A stretch of 64,000 bases of DNA from Eimeria praecox (Eukaryota). The notes under the pieces were generated by a model. The model saw only the letters and a list, made by a program, of their open reading frames with translations. It had not been told where the DNA came from and did no database searches. Shown here in pieces: positions 11,761 to 22,214 of the stretch (its first letter is position 1; the number at the start of each line of letters is the position of its first letter). Position numbers and translations under genes: made by a program. The stretch covers positions 4,650,001 to 4,714,000 of the forward strand of contig OY986948.1 in assembly GCA_963920595.1 (NCBI GenBank). The letters run 5' to 3'.

Positions 11761-12779
11761 CCGCGAATCCTCGAATAGTACATGCGCCTCAACGGCCTCT
11801 TTGTCTCTAGTTTGTATGGACTGGGCAAGCTTGCATAGTTTCCTGTAAGAACCATGAGTGTGGTGTCCAGGGAATTTCGGTTCTGCCATCGCTGTGTTGT
11901 CATGTAACACGCAGGAACTAGATTTATTCCGTCAGAAGCTGGAGGAGACTGTGGAGGATTTTGTGGAGCGTACTGTTCGGAACTCAAGTGAGAATTAACT
12001 CTGGTTTGTCCCTCATTACCGAAGTCTTGTAGTTGACTGGTGGAGTCAAGGGTATTTTCGGGAGCGGCATTTTGCGTGGCGTCTTCTGCAGATAACTACA
12101 AGGTCCTACGTATAACGCAGAGCCTAGGAGTGCGAAAAACAACAGTCGTTTCCTTGTACGGTGCGCATGCTAAACCGTAGGCAGCAATAAACAAGAACAC
12201 ATTTAGCCTGCTCAAACTCGGGGCAGTCTTCCTCTGAAAAGGCAGCCAATCAATCCGGTCCATATAAGTGAGAAATGCGACATTGCGTTGCGATCATTCC
12301 TCAGGAATGGCCAAGTAGATAGCGGCTTAAAAACGGTGGGCCTCCAGCGCCTATTCGTTCGTAAAGCGCTTATTTGGACCTCCAGCAAACTCCTCTGCAG
12401 CGATACCGGCGCGTTTTGAAATGTTGTACAGCAAACGACATTTCACGATGTGCGACGTGCGGCGTGTCGAGGAGAATGCAGCTCCGTCCAGAGGGGCCAG
12501 CATGTAAACCGTGGTCCCTGGTGGCCATGTTTCGTGCTTTGACTCTGCTTGTAGGATGATGATGCGTGTGTGTACAACACATCAACAATGATTCATCATC
12601 GAAATATTTTGAAGAGATCGGTAACTTGTTCAAGTTTAATAGCGAGTGCCTAGTCTTGAACTTTTTAAAAGCGGCACTCTGTTGCGAGTGTGGCTTGCCA
12701 GCGAACACTGAACAGCGGCAAGTCAGGACTACGGACGCGTTCGCAGCATTTTCGGTTGAGCCACCTTCACTTGCTTTTG

Positions 12780-15276
12780 TTAGACAGGGACGGCGTGCTT
12801 GCTGAGCGCGTGGTCGATTGCACCCGGCAGAGCGGCAGAGGGAATGTAAAAGCTACAGTTCTGGAAACTGTTAGCAGAAACGTATACTGTCTTCTGCGGT
12901 AGCCTATGCCAGACGGTGGTACTTTCATGATGCTCCCTACGGGTATTTGCTGCACTTCTACGGGAACAAGTCACTACTGCAGCGCTTATCGTAGTGCAGT
13001 TGTGTCGAAACACTGCCTACGATCGGTAGTTTAGGCCGCCTCCATCGAGCATGTAAAGGTAAGAATTAATTCACATGGACATGGATGCGTAGCCTTCAGG
13101 ACAAACGGCACCCCTTTTCCGTAGAGGGTCTTCTTTGCACATCATGCGTGCGTATCCCAGTACATGGGTTTTGCCGTGCCCAGGCGACACCTACTGCTGA
13201 ACTACCTAGCTGCTGAAACGGCTTGAATCGTTCAAGTAGCAGGCGGCATGGAAAGATTCACCAAGTTCATATGACGCATTCTTCATCTGCACTAAAGGAC
13301 TTGCTAGCAAGCGATTTGCTTGCCGGCAAGCGTACAGCGAACCAGCCACACCAGTGCTGGGACGCGAGCAGACCCCACAGACCCCATCGTTTGCAGCTTT
13401 GAACCATGATAGACTGGGCATGCTTGGTTCACTAGGCAATCCATTCTCCATACGATATGGAGCCTTTACTATGAAAGCCTGCATACGACAAACGCCGCCA
13501 CACAGCGCCTATATTGGCATCACCACTCCCCCACATCAAAGCCTATAATTGGCACTGTCATGCTTGCGAATCGAAGGTGTTTGGCTGTGCAAACGTCCCA
13601 CCTCCAGCAATGCTTCAGGCGATTCAGTAAAAAGGCTGCTTATGCACGAGCGCGAGCCACTGAGGGACCACCACCTACATTGAGACAACGCAAGAACACG
13701 CCGCTCGGGAAATGCGCCTCTTGCCTACTCTACAGAAGCAAAGCAAATCCATGCCCTTCCAAAACACACATCTTCTGTCCCATGCGCAGCGTCATTTTTT
13801 TCCTAATCTTGGCAGTTCCTCGTGGCGCGCCAAGATAAGGCATGCTCGCAATCGCTAAGCCACGTCGATGCTATCAAAGCCCTCGGGGTCAGCCAGCATC
13901 TTGCAGCAATCGACAAGCACCTCGTTTCTGCCTTACCCTAACAGGAAAAGAAAGCTCCGCAAAGTGTGCCACTGCAGTGGCAATTCCCAACGGTGACAAT
14001 CTTCGCCTTCCACCATGGAGTAGTGCCACGTCCACCCCGTCGATGAGCACCTGACGGACTATGTGGTAGTCGTCGCAAGCCTGCGCCACCAGTGTGCCGG
14101 CTATGCGTTTTGCAGGTAAACAGGACAGGAATTGTCGTGTGCTAGGTTTGAGAAGGCTCATTCACAGGCAAGTTCGGAAATGATATCCGCACAGCCGCTT
14201 CCGATAACGTTTGTTGATAACAACCATCCACCGCCTTTCGACGCTTTCATAGGATGACAAATGGCCCCAGATTCACTCTGCCAGTATTGCTTACCTCCAA
14301 GTCCACCTTTGGAAATGCGCGCCACAACGCCACTTGGGCCGTTCGGCAAGGCTTCCTACCCGGCGGCGTGGCTCGCCCTGATACAGACAGCACTCCCCGT
14401 TATACACCGCCTAAGGCTTCTTTTCAAAGGAAAGAAGCTTTAAACCGAAATCTCTCCAAAGGGGTTCGATAATTCACAGGAAGTGAAAAACCAAGACCCG
14501 CAAACAAATCCCAAGGACCCTCTGCAAGCAGCATGTTTTTGTGCAGATCGGGAATACGCACGCGTAAAATGCCTCTCACGACGCCCTCTGCGGACTAGTT
14601 GAAAGCCCTCGACGTTGGTAGAGCTCTACAAGACACGAAACTTCAGCCGAAAAACAGCATAACGCTGTGACGCTGTTGCCGTCGCACAAAAGAGAACCTG
14701 TCCCAGCCAGTTCTATCACTGTGTACCTAGAGCTATTACGCATTTCGAAGTCAAGAGTAAGTAGCTGATGCCTCTTCAAGGGGAGTAACTCTGGAAGGTA
14801 TCTTACGACGGATATGCTAAGCCTTGACGGACGCGGAGCTGCAGGGCCATGGCATGAGGACTCGCTGTGGGCGCCAATGTAGTTCCGTTGCACATCAGGC
14901 TGCCAAGGCGTCCTATGATCATGCACAGCGCTATCCTGCAACGAAACCGGAGACCAGCCAAAAGGTTACTCCTCAGACCTTGCACAATAGGCGGGCAACT
15001 TTGGCCCTCCTTGGCAACGCTCACGGTTCGAGTTATAAAGGCCCGAGGCCCCCCAGCGCCCCCCAATGGCAATGCGATATGGCTTTGCGCATTTGAACAA
15101 AATGGATCTATAGCATACGGCCTCCCCTCTATATCAAGCTCCAGACGACCCCAAGACTCGCGATATGCATGCTGTAGCAGCTGGCATTCCGAATCCGCCA
15201 AAAACCTCCAGGTAGTTGAGGGTCCGTCGCTCTCCGCTGGCTTCCACCGCCAGGTTAAAGGCGAAGGAGTCGGCAT
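12780..15276 (-). pseudogene. Pseudogene copy (A) of the WWE-NYN ribonuclease gene
   Basis: Exons 1-5 (15276-15025, 14935-14807, 14625-14580, 14377-14295, 14080-13937) are near-identical to copy B. Exon 6 lacks 8 bp at ~13640, giving TGA at 13626-13624. Downstream exons are recognisable but diverged (ELGESFHAACYLND vs ELCKTFNAAYCSND). The 3' boundary is approximate. Confidence 0.75.
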
Positions 15277-17090
15277 CTTCGATCCAAGGCAAGTCGACGC
15301 ACCTGCTATACCGTCCAACAGCCCCACCGGCAAGCCACCCGCTTCAATCCGGGGGCGTCCAATATTCTGAATGCGGAGTTTTTCACTAGATTCTTCCAGC
15401 ACCTCAGTCCCCAAAAGGTTAGGTAGGGACAAGTAAAATAAGCAAACCGAGGGTGCACCGACCGCAGCGACAGCGCCCCCTATTACAAACAAGTCTCAGC
15501 GGGTAACAACTCCGTAATAGCGGCATTGAGGACAGAACACACTTATCTGCGCACTGTTAACAGATGCAACAACTTATTTTCTACCTGTACTTCACCGCAA
15601 GGTGAGGCACATGTCCAAGCATCTCATGAAGCCCCAGTACGCCTCTCAATGGACCAGGAGAACTGCCCGAGCACTAGCGCACGATGCACATTTGGAAGCT
15701 CAAACGAGAGCATTACTACACACAATACTTTTCATTGTAGTTTATTAAGAGGTGTTTTGCGTGTCGTGCTAGTAGGATTTTGGTGTGCTGCATTAGCGCT
15801 GGCTCTTTCGACACCGTCTTGGCGGATGCCCACCCAATATATAAGGTGGCAGAAAGGCTGCTTGCGGATATCATGGTATGCAGAGTTAGCTGCATGTGAG
15901 CTGTCTGAGCTGTGCAAAGTTATTCTGGCCATGTCTGTGAGGGCGTATACTATTTCATACCGTGACTACGGTGTCAAGGTTCAATGAACCTCACTGCGGA
16001 CTGCCTCCAGCCTGGAGGCCAGCCTTCTGGCGAGAATTGGGATGCTAAGGTTGTGCCAGAATCTGAAATGCTAATTCGACTCAGCTATGGAGACCAGGCT
16101 TCTCCTGTCAGGGCTGCTTGGAGCGGGAGGCCCTCACCCCGTTCCCCGAGTTGCTTGTCAGCTGTGACCTTAACTTTATTGGCGGTAGTGTACTTTCTGT
16201 TGATTTGCTCTTACAGTGAACGGTTTAAGCGTTGGTTGGGGAAGACGTTCAGATCACTTGCAGACGGGAACGATGGACCATGCCAGCCCAGCAATGACTC
16301 TGGTGACGGGGACAAGCGAGGGCACCGGCCAATTTGGCGACCTGGTGAACTTTCTGAACAGCCTTTTCCTGATACAGGTACCGACTTAGAGGCCTACGGA
16401 GATGGCCTAATGGAGCCTTTAAGAGAGCCGACACGAAATGCTTCAGCTGAAGGTCAGTCACCCGGTGACCTGTGGACTGCAGGAGCTGAAGGGCCCTCCG
16501 TTCACCCCTTTCATGAGCGAGTAGATGACGCGCTTTTGCGTTCTTGTGGGGGAGGGAACTGCTTAGAACGAAGGTGGGTAACTGAGGCAACGTCTGAGGG
16601 GGGCGCAACGTCTATTCTAGGCAGTCCTGCAGAGGTTAGGAGCTCGTGTGCTTTGGGACGGCAGTCTCTGCAGCACAGATATACGGGGCTTAAAGAGGAT
16701 ATGCCTACACTGCACCGTCACGATAAGACGAAAGAGACATTTCTTGCAGGATGTTCAGAACAACGGGAAGCTGGGGAAGGCCAAGCGTTTCGAGGGGAGG
16801 GGGAGGGGGCTGGATTGGAAGGTGGATTTTCACCATCAGCAGCTAAGAACGATATTGTAAGTTTTTTCAGTGATCTGAGGGGCGCCTTAGCAAAGTGCAG
16901 CTCGCTTATGCCCAGGTTAAATATAGGCCATGCTCAAAGTTTGACTTGGATGATTTTACGATTAGCAACCCTGGACCTGGCTGTTTTTGTACGCGTCCCA
17001 AGCGACATTCAGGTTCATAGAAGTGAGTTGGGAAGTGCCATTCATGACCTTGCTTCGGAGCTTCTTTCATACACCCTGAGATTGGGCATG
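12850..17090 (+). repeat. Direct segmental duplication, copy A (partner 22290-26590)
   Basis: Near-identical from ~13640 to ~16600 (offset 9483, then 9501 after an 18-bp indel, then 9497 after a 4-bp indel). Weaker homology extends left to ~12850; homology ends at ~17090. Confidence 0.95.
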
Positions 17091-17930
17091 TCAAGCACCG
17101 CGTTTTTGCAGGGGCTTCATACGTTTGCCGGACTTATCAAAGATATCGACGCTGCACGGCACGAAGCGACTTCTTCGTCACAGGACAAAGACCTAAGGGA
17201 AATGGGAGCACATGCGAAAGTGTGTAAAACTGCACTTATGTATTATGGGGCTGTGTTGGACGGGCTGCTGTGGGCGACGGCGGCTTTTCCTGTGGAGCAG
17301 ACAGCAGTGTTGGTGGAGCAGCAGTTGCGTGTGCTTCAGGCGCTTTGCACTATGCGCGCGGTTCAGGTTTCCCGGGACAAAGCATGTAGAATACTTGTCT
17401 TCTTTCACCAGACACAGAGGCAGTTCCGGCCTCTCGTTGACATTGGCACCATGAAGCCGAGGGATAAGCGGTGGCGGACGGTTCCATTCACATGTTTAGA
17501 GCTCGATGAGGCTGTTGCCCGCGGTGGAGGCGTTTTCTTTCCCCCACCCCCAGGCATGCTTCGTGATGCAGTTCAACCTTGGGTAGTGCCTAGTGGCCCT
17601 GGAGGGCAAGCCAATGAAGAACTTCATGCCACATCGGGCGCTACAGATGCGCATGCTGCGCGTGTCTATTATGCTGAGTTTCCTCCTTCACTGCAAGGGC
17701 AAGACGTATCCACGCTCATGCAAGGAGCAATCTCGTACACTTCTGCCGAATTAGGTGGAACTCTGACGGCGCAGGCAACTCAGCGCCGTCAACCCAACAC
17801 ATCGTCAGCGGGCCAGCTCTCTCCTTCAGTTGCGAGGAGGTGGAGCAGACAGCGGTATAAAACTGCACAGACTTACCCTAGTTTACTTGAGTCACCACAG
17901 AAGGGCCACTCAAATCCTTCAGTAGATTAA
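15984..17930 (+). CDS. Single-exon Eimeria lineage-specific type membrane protein (648 aa)
   Basis: Uninterrupted 648-aa ORF: N-terminal TM (AVTLTLLAVVYFLLIC), RSLADG..C motif, low-complexity linker, helical domain ending LDEAVARGGG. This architecture is typical of Eimeria-specific expanded families. Confidence 0.7.
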   Translation: MNLTADCLQPGGQPSGENWDAKVVPESEMLIRLSYGDQASPVRAAWSGRPSPRSPSCLSAVTLTLLAVVYFLLICSYSERFKRWLGKTFRSLADGNDGPCQPSNDSGDGDKRGHRPIWRPGELSEQPFPDTGTDLEAYGDGLMEPLREPTRNASAEGQSPGDLWTAGAEGPSVHPFHERVDDALLRSCGGGNCLERRWVTEATSEGGATSILGSPAEVRSSCALGRQSLQHRYTGLKEDMPTLHRHDKTKETFLAGCSEQREAGEGQAFRGEGEGAGLEGGFSPSAAKNDIVSFFSDLRGALAKCSSLMPRLNIGHAQSLTWMILRLATLDLAVFVRVPSDIQVHRSELGSAIHDLASELLSYTLRLGMSSTAFLQGLHTFAGLIKDIDAARHEATSSSQDKDLREMGAHAKVCKTALMYYGAVLDGLLWATAAFPVEQTAVLVEQQLRVLQALCTMRAVQVSRDKACRILVFFHQTQRQFRPLVDIGTMKPRDKRWRTVPFTCLELDEAVARGGGVFFPPPPGMLRDAVQPWVVPSGPGGQANEELHATSGATDAHAARVYYAEFPPSLQGQDVSTLMQGAISYTSAELGGTLTAQATQRRQPNTSSAGQLSPSVARRWSRQRYKTAQTYPSLLESPQKGHSNPSVD

Positions 17931-20900
17931 CTGAGGGAGACCATCGCATGGAAAGGTGACCGTTTCGGAGGTCTCTTGGCGTAGTCGTTGGAGTGCACTT
18001 CACTATTTCTCTGCCCAGGTGCCATCTTGCGAAAACAGTACAGCCAACGAGCGGTGATGCTCGCGTTGCGCTTTTCCTTACAGTGTCATCTCCCATCCAG
18101 GCCGATATTGATGTGGGGTCTCCGCGGGCCTGCTGACAGCTCCAAGCGCTGGCGAGAAGAATAAAGCATTTTGTGACGCATTCTAGTGTGTGCTGCTCTC
18201 CGGCATGTGACCAAACCTGTCGGCCTGCAGGACACACACCTATAAGAGGAAATCCCTCCCTTCTCAAGCTTGCTTGCAGAGAAGGAGCAGCCGCAGGAAT
18301 GTTGAAGCAGTCTGCTTCACCACAAAAATGCCATCTACGATGGCGCTCTGCCGCGACGCTGAGTAGCCGCATTCGACGCGTTGCAACCAAGAGCTTGGGG
18401 AACGTTAGGGATATCTGTCTCTACGTTGTATGCTACGGTGCTGAATGACCCTGGAAGCTTTTCAGGTTTTATGGAATGCAGAGGGGGAGCGACTGCAGGG
18501 CGCTGTAGGAGTCGATGCAGTTTATCGCACCGCGCTCTTTCCACCCATATTGTGTCAGAACGCACTGCTTGAGCGTTTCCTCTTACACCCCCGGATCGCT
18601 TTCTCTTGCACAGGAGTTAGGAACGCATTAGCCATGATACCAAGTCATTCAAGGTGCTTCAGCAGTGATTTTGTGCACCTGCGGAGCGTGGTTGCGCTGA
18701 AGGGTGTGCTTGTGCTCTTCAGCATTACTCGAACGTGATGAGGCGGGAATGCGGAGTAAAATGTATTCCCGAGCACCTTGCATTGCTCACAGAAACTTCT
18801 GGTTGAAGTTTGTACTTCGCAGAATCTGGCTCTTGAACTGCGCCATTGGGTCCCATGCTTTTGAACGCAGCCAGCGGCTACGCTGGGCGTGTTGATGGGA
18901 CTGATGCGCTGAGAAACCACGGCAGCCATGCCATTCCTCACCCGATCAGTCGCTGATAATCTCAACAAGGCGTCTCCTTCCTGAACTGGAATGCTGACAA
19001 GGCTGATCCATGCACGGTTCTGGGCTATTTGGGCCGATTGCAAAAATCGGCCTCTTTCCACACAACCGAGGACAAGTTGCATGCGGCCACCCCAGGAGGG
19101 GATTTAGATTGGATGCAACTAAGGGACTTATAATTCGGAAAGGGAACGGTGTGCAGGCCAGCGCGGGTTTTGCGTTAGGTTCATTTCTGGGACCACTTTG
19201 CTGTTTGCTGTAATGCATTGTACTGTGGAGTAGTTGCTGACTACGCCATAGTGTTACGTATCCACGTAGTCTTTCAAGGGATCGCTGTATCAAAAAGTAC
19301 AAAAAGCAAAGCTCATCACTAGCAGATGCCTTTGGAGGGGAGCAAGCCGACTAGCCCACACAGCATAGTGCCTAACGTTTGGTTATCTGTTATTGCTCCA
19401 ACAGACCGCCATGCCTTACACTCAGATTTACTCTACAGGGATAGTCTAATTTGAAAGATAGTAGGCACCACAAAGAAACGGCTATCCACTGCTTCAATTA
19501 ATACGCTTTACAACGTCGTTCAATCAGCATGCTGAGCATCGGGGTATTTTCTGTATTGAAAACTGTTGGCCCCTCATGTGGAGAACGGACTGACTATTTT
19601 CACAAGCCGGCGTCCCCAGGCGTCCCCAGCCTTCATCGGTGCACTGCTACACTTATAAGCCAGATAAAGCATCCAAGGAGCTTCTGGCAGAGGGAGTGGT
19701 CACTGCTTTATTGGGATTCCGCTATGCCATGACCACCGCAGACTGATGAAATATGGGCGTACGTGGTGCTTACTGAAATGCTCTTCAGTCTGCGTTTCTT
19801 CATCCACACGCGATATAGCCATGGGAATGCAAATTGTTTGCGTATTCTCCCCGTTGGCGGACGACACTTCATCCAAGACGAGGATGCGTACTGCAGGAGA
19901 ACTGTAATCTGTTCTTACGCATCGGGTGCTCTGCCGTTGGCATGCAGCTGCATCATCTGATGAGAGCGGAATAAAGAGGTGACCAGGCAGATGATACTGT
20001 GTGCCCATGTTTGGGTAGCCTTGTCATGGACTGCTGCGAAAAATGAAAGCGTTTGGGTGGGAATCACTAGATACCAGAGGCTCCGCCAACTGACTGCTGC
20101 TCCTTTAGCTGTGGCACTAAATGGACTCTTGCAATGTCCTTATTTTGGTGTTCCAGAGTACCAACTACTTAAGTCCTTATTATTTTTCTTCTTAAGGAGC
20201 ATAATTGACTTGTAAGCGGCTGGGGAATGTCCTTGGAAACTGCCAGGGTTCATGCTTTTTTTCCACCCACAGGGATTCGAGGGGTCCAGCAAGAAAAGCT
20301 GTACTGGCTTTTCAGTAGTTCCCCGAAAAACATTTACTATGCTGGAAGGCGTGCAAGTTAGTGTTGCGAAAGTCGTTAAAGGCACACAGAATCCATCAGT
20401 TGCTAGGAACAAACGCTCGTACAGATATAATCTACGATGGTGCTGCTTAAGACACATTGTGGCATTTTTATGTATTTGGAGTTAACCTGTAAAAGTCCCA
20501 TCAGCTTCAGTTCCAGCCAGCCTGAGTTGGGAGCCGGCTGCCTGATACATCCTGCATTCATGCATCTAATCTTTTGGGGGCAGATGAATGACGGTTAAGG
20601 GGCAGTTCCATCAAGAGCAGCAGCACCCCCTGCTTGTAGCTCACCTTCGCACGCTTGTCCGCATCTCTTTACGCTGGCATGCATTGCAGGCGTGCAGGTT
20701 TAATTATTTAGTCTCCAGCCCCGCATGGCTGTCAGAGTCAAGTAGCACTTGCGTGCCACGTTTCTGTCTGTTCAGTGGTAAAGAGGAATTAGTACATCCC
20801 TGTTCGTCTCCTATTTCAGTCTGCTGGAGCAAAGGTGCCGCATGCATAGCCTTCCTGATAAACGTACTGCTTGATCTGAAAAGAAACTTTCTGTACTCTC

Positions 20901-22214
20901 CTGTGCTGTTAGTTTTGTTTGGACAGTGCTCGAATGGTTGCTGAAGCCACACGAAGGTAGGATTGTAGAGCATCCCTGCAAAATGGCAATCCAGTGCCGA
21001 CCTCCCCATCCTGCTGTTTTAGAATACGGGCTGTAGCGCATTTCTACAACAATGTAATACAGTGCAGATTTCCCCGTCGTGCTTGTCGGTTTCTAATCGC
21101 TAGGCGAGTTCGTGCGCGACCTCCCTTATGACGAGTTTGTTGCAAATTAGGACGGGGAGAGGAGCCACCACCTCACTTTGCATATGATGCCGTACATGAT
21201 TATTCCCTCTGTTGACGGTGGCTGGCTCTCAGAGACGAAATGAGATAGAAAGGGTTCAAGGGGTTGCCTCCGGAACCTTGATCGCTGTGGCTTGCGCGTG
21301 TAGGACACACTCGCATAGTTTCCAAAACGATTACCACCGTTTAGCCCAGCTATGCTATGCGACACTCAGATATTGCGATTACTCTATATGCCTCTGCAGG
21401 CGGCGCTTCGAATTTCGTTAACCGCTCTACACAGACTCGTTGCTCGTCCCGCACACCTGAATTCCTATCGTCCCTACAAAGCGAAGTAGGGTGGGCCTTG
21501 TGCTTTCCGCATTGTGCAAAGCGTTTCCTACGCTTACGTTTCGAGTTCTTTCGATTAAGCAATACCAAGCATTGCGAAGAAGAGCATTTGCTTCCCTGTA
21601 CACATCCTGCAGATGGTGTGCAACAGTGCTGGAGACAACGCTAAAACAAAACAACAACTTGCGCAGCTATCGAAAACTACGTTCCTCATAATGCTTCGGC
21701 TTTGAAATGTACAGAGTGCCGCAGCAAAGCACGCGCCTTCCCCGTGCGATCATTAGTTCAAATGCGCCAAGTGCATAAGGGCGAAATGCGCCACCCCAGT
21801 CGACTACTGCGTAACGAAATGGCAATTTGAACCCCCAGATATCCCACAACCAAGACAGGATTTCTTCCCGGGAGCGATTCTCCCAGTTACCGTTCGAAAT
21901 GTGCATACAGGTGACGCTTAACATGGCTACTGCGCCTCTTCTTGGAGGCTACGCAAACGTGACAGCGTTCTGCTGACCATGCTAGTATGCTACGGCTTAA
22001 CGTGCTCAATGTATGCTTTGCTTTATTCCGCTACTGAGCGATTATGTATTTCGCAGACTACAGCAAAGTTATATCTGGTCTGTGTGCGAGGCGCCTGGTA
22101 GGCTTTCCAGCCAACATGCATACTACATACCTACCATTAAGAATAGCGTATACAGTTGCAGCAGAGCATCACCAAGGGCTGGCTCAAGCTGTTTTGTTGC
22201 GGAAGAAAAGCCTG

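Noticed and set aside
13180..13300. Plus-strand peptide similarity (IVQVAGGMERF vs IVGAVGGVEGF at ~22680) as a separate decayed gene
   Set aside because: It is the antisense shadow of the minus-strand NYN exon containing SND.
17940..22200. Many 60-170 aa ORFs here and at 26.6-29.5 kb and 44.8-46.8 kb
   Set aside because: No recognisable motifs or consistent splice chains found by eye; compatible with chance ORFs.
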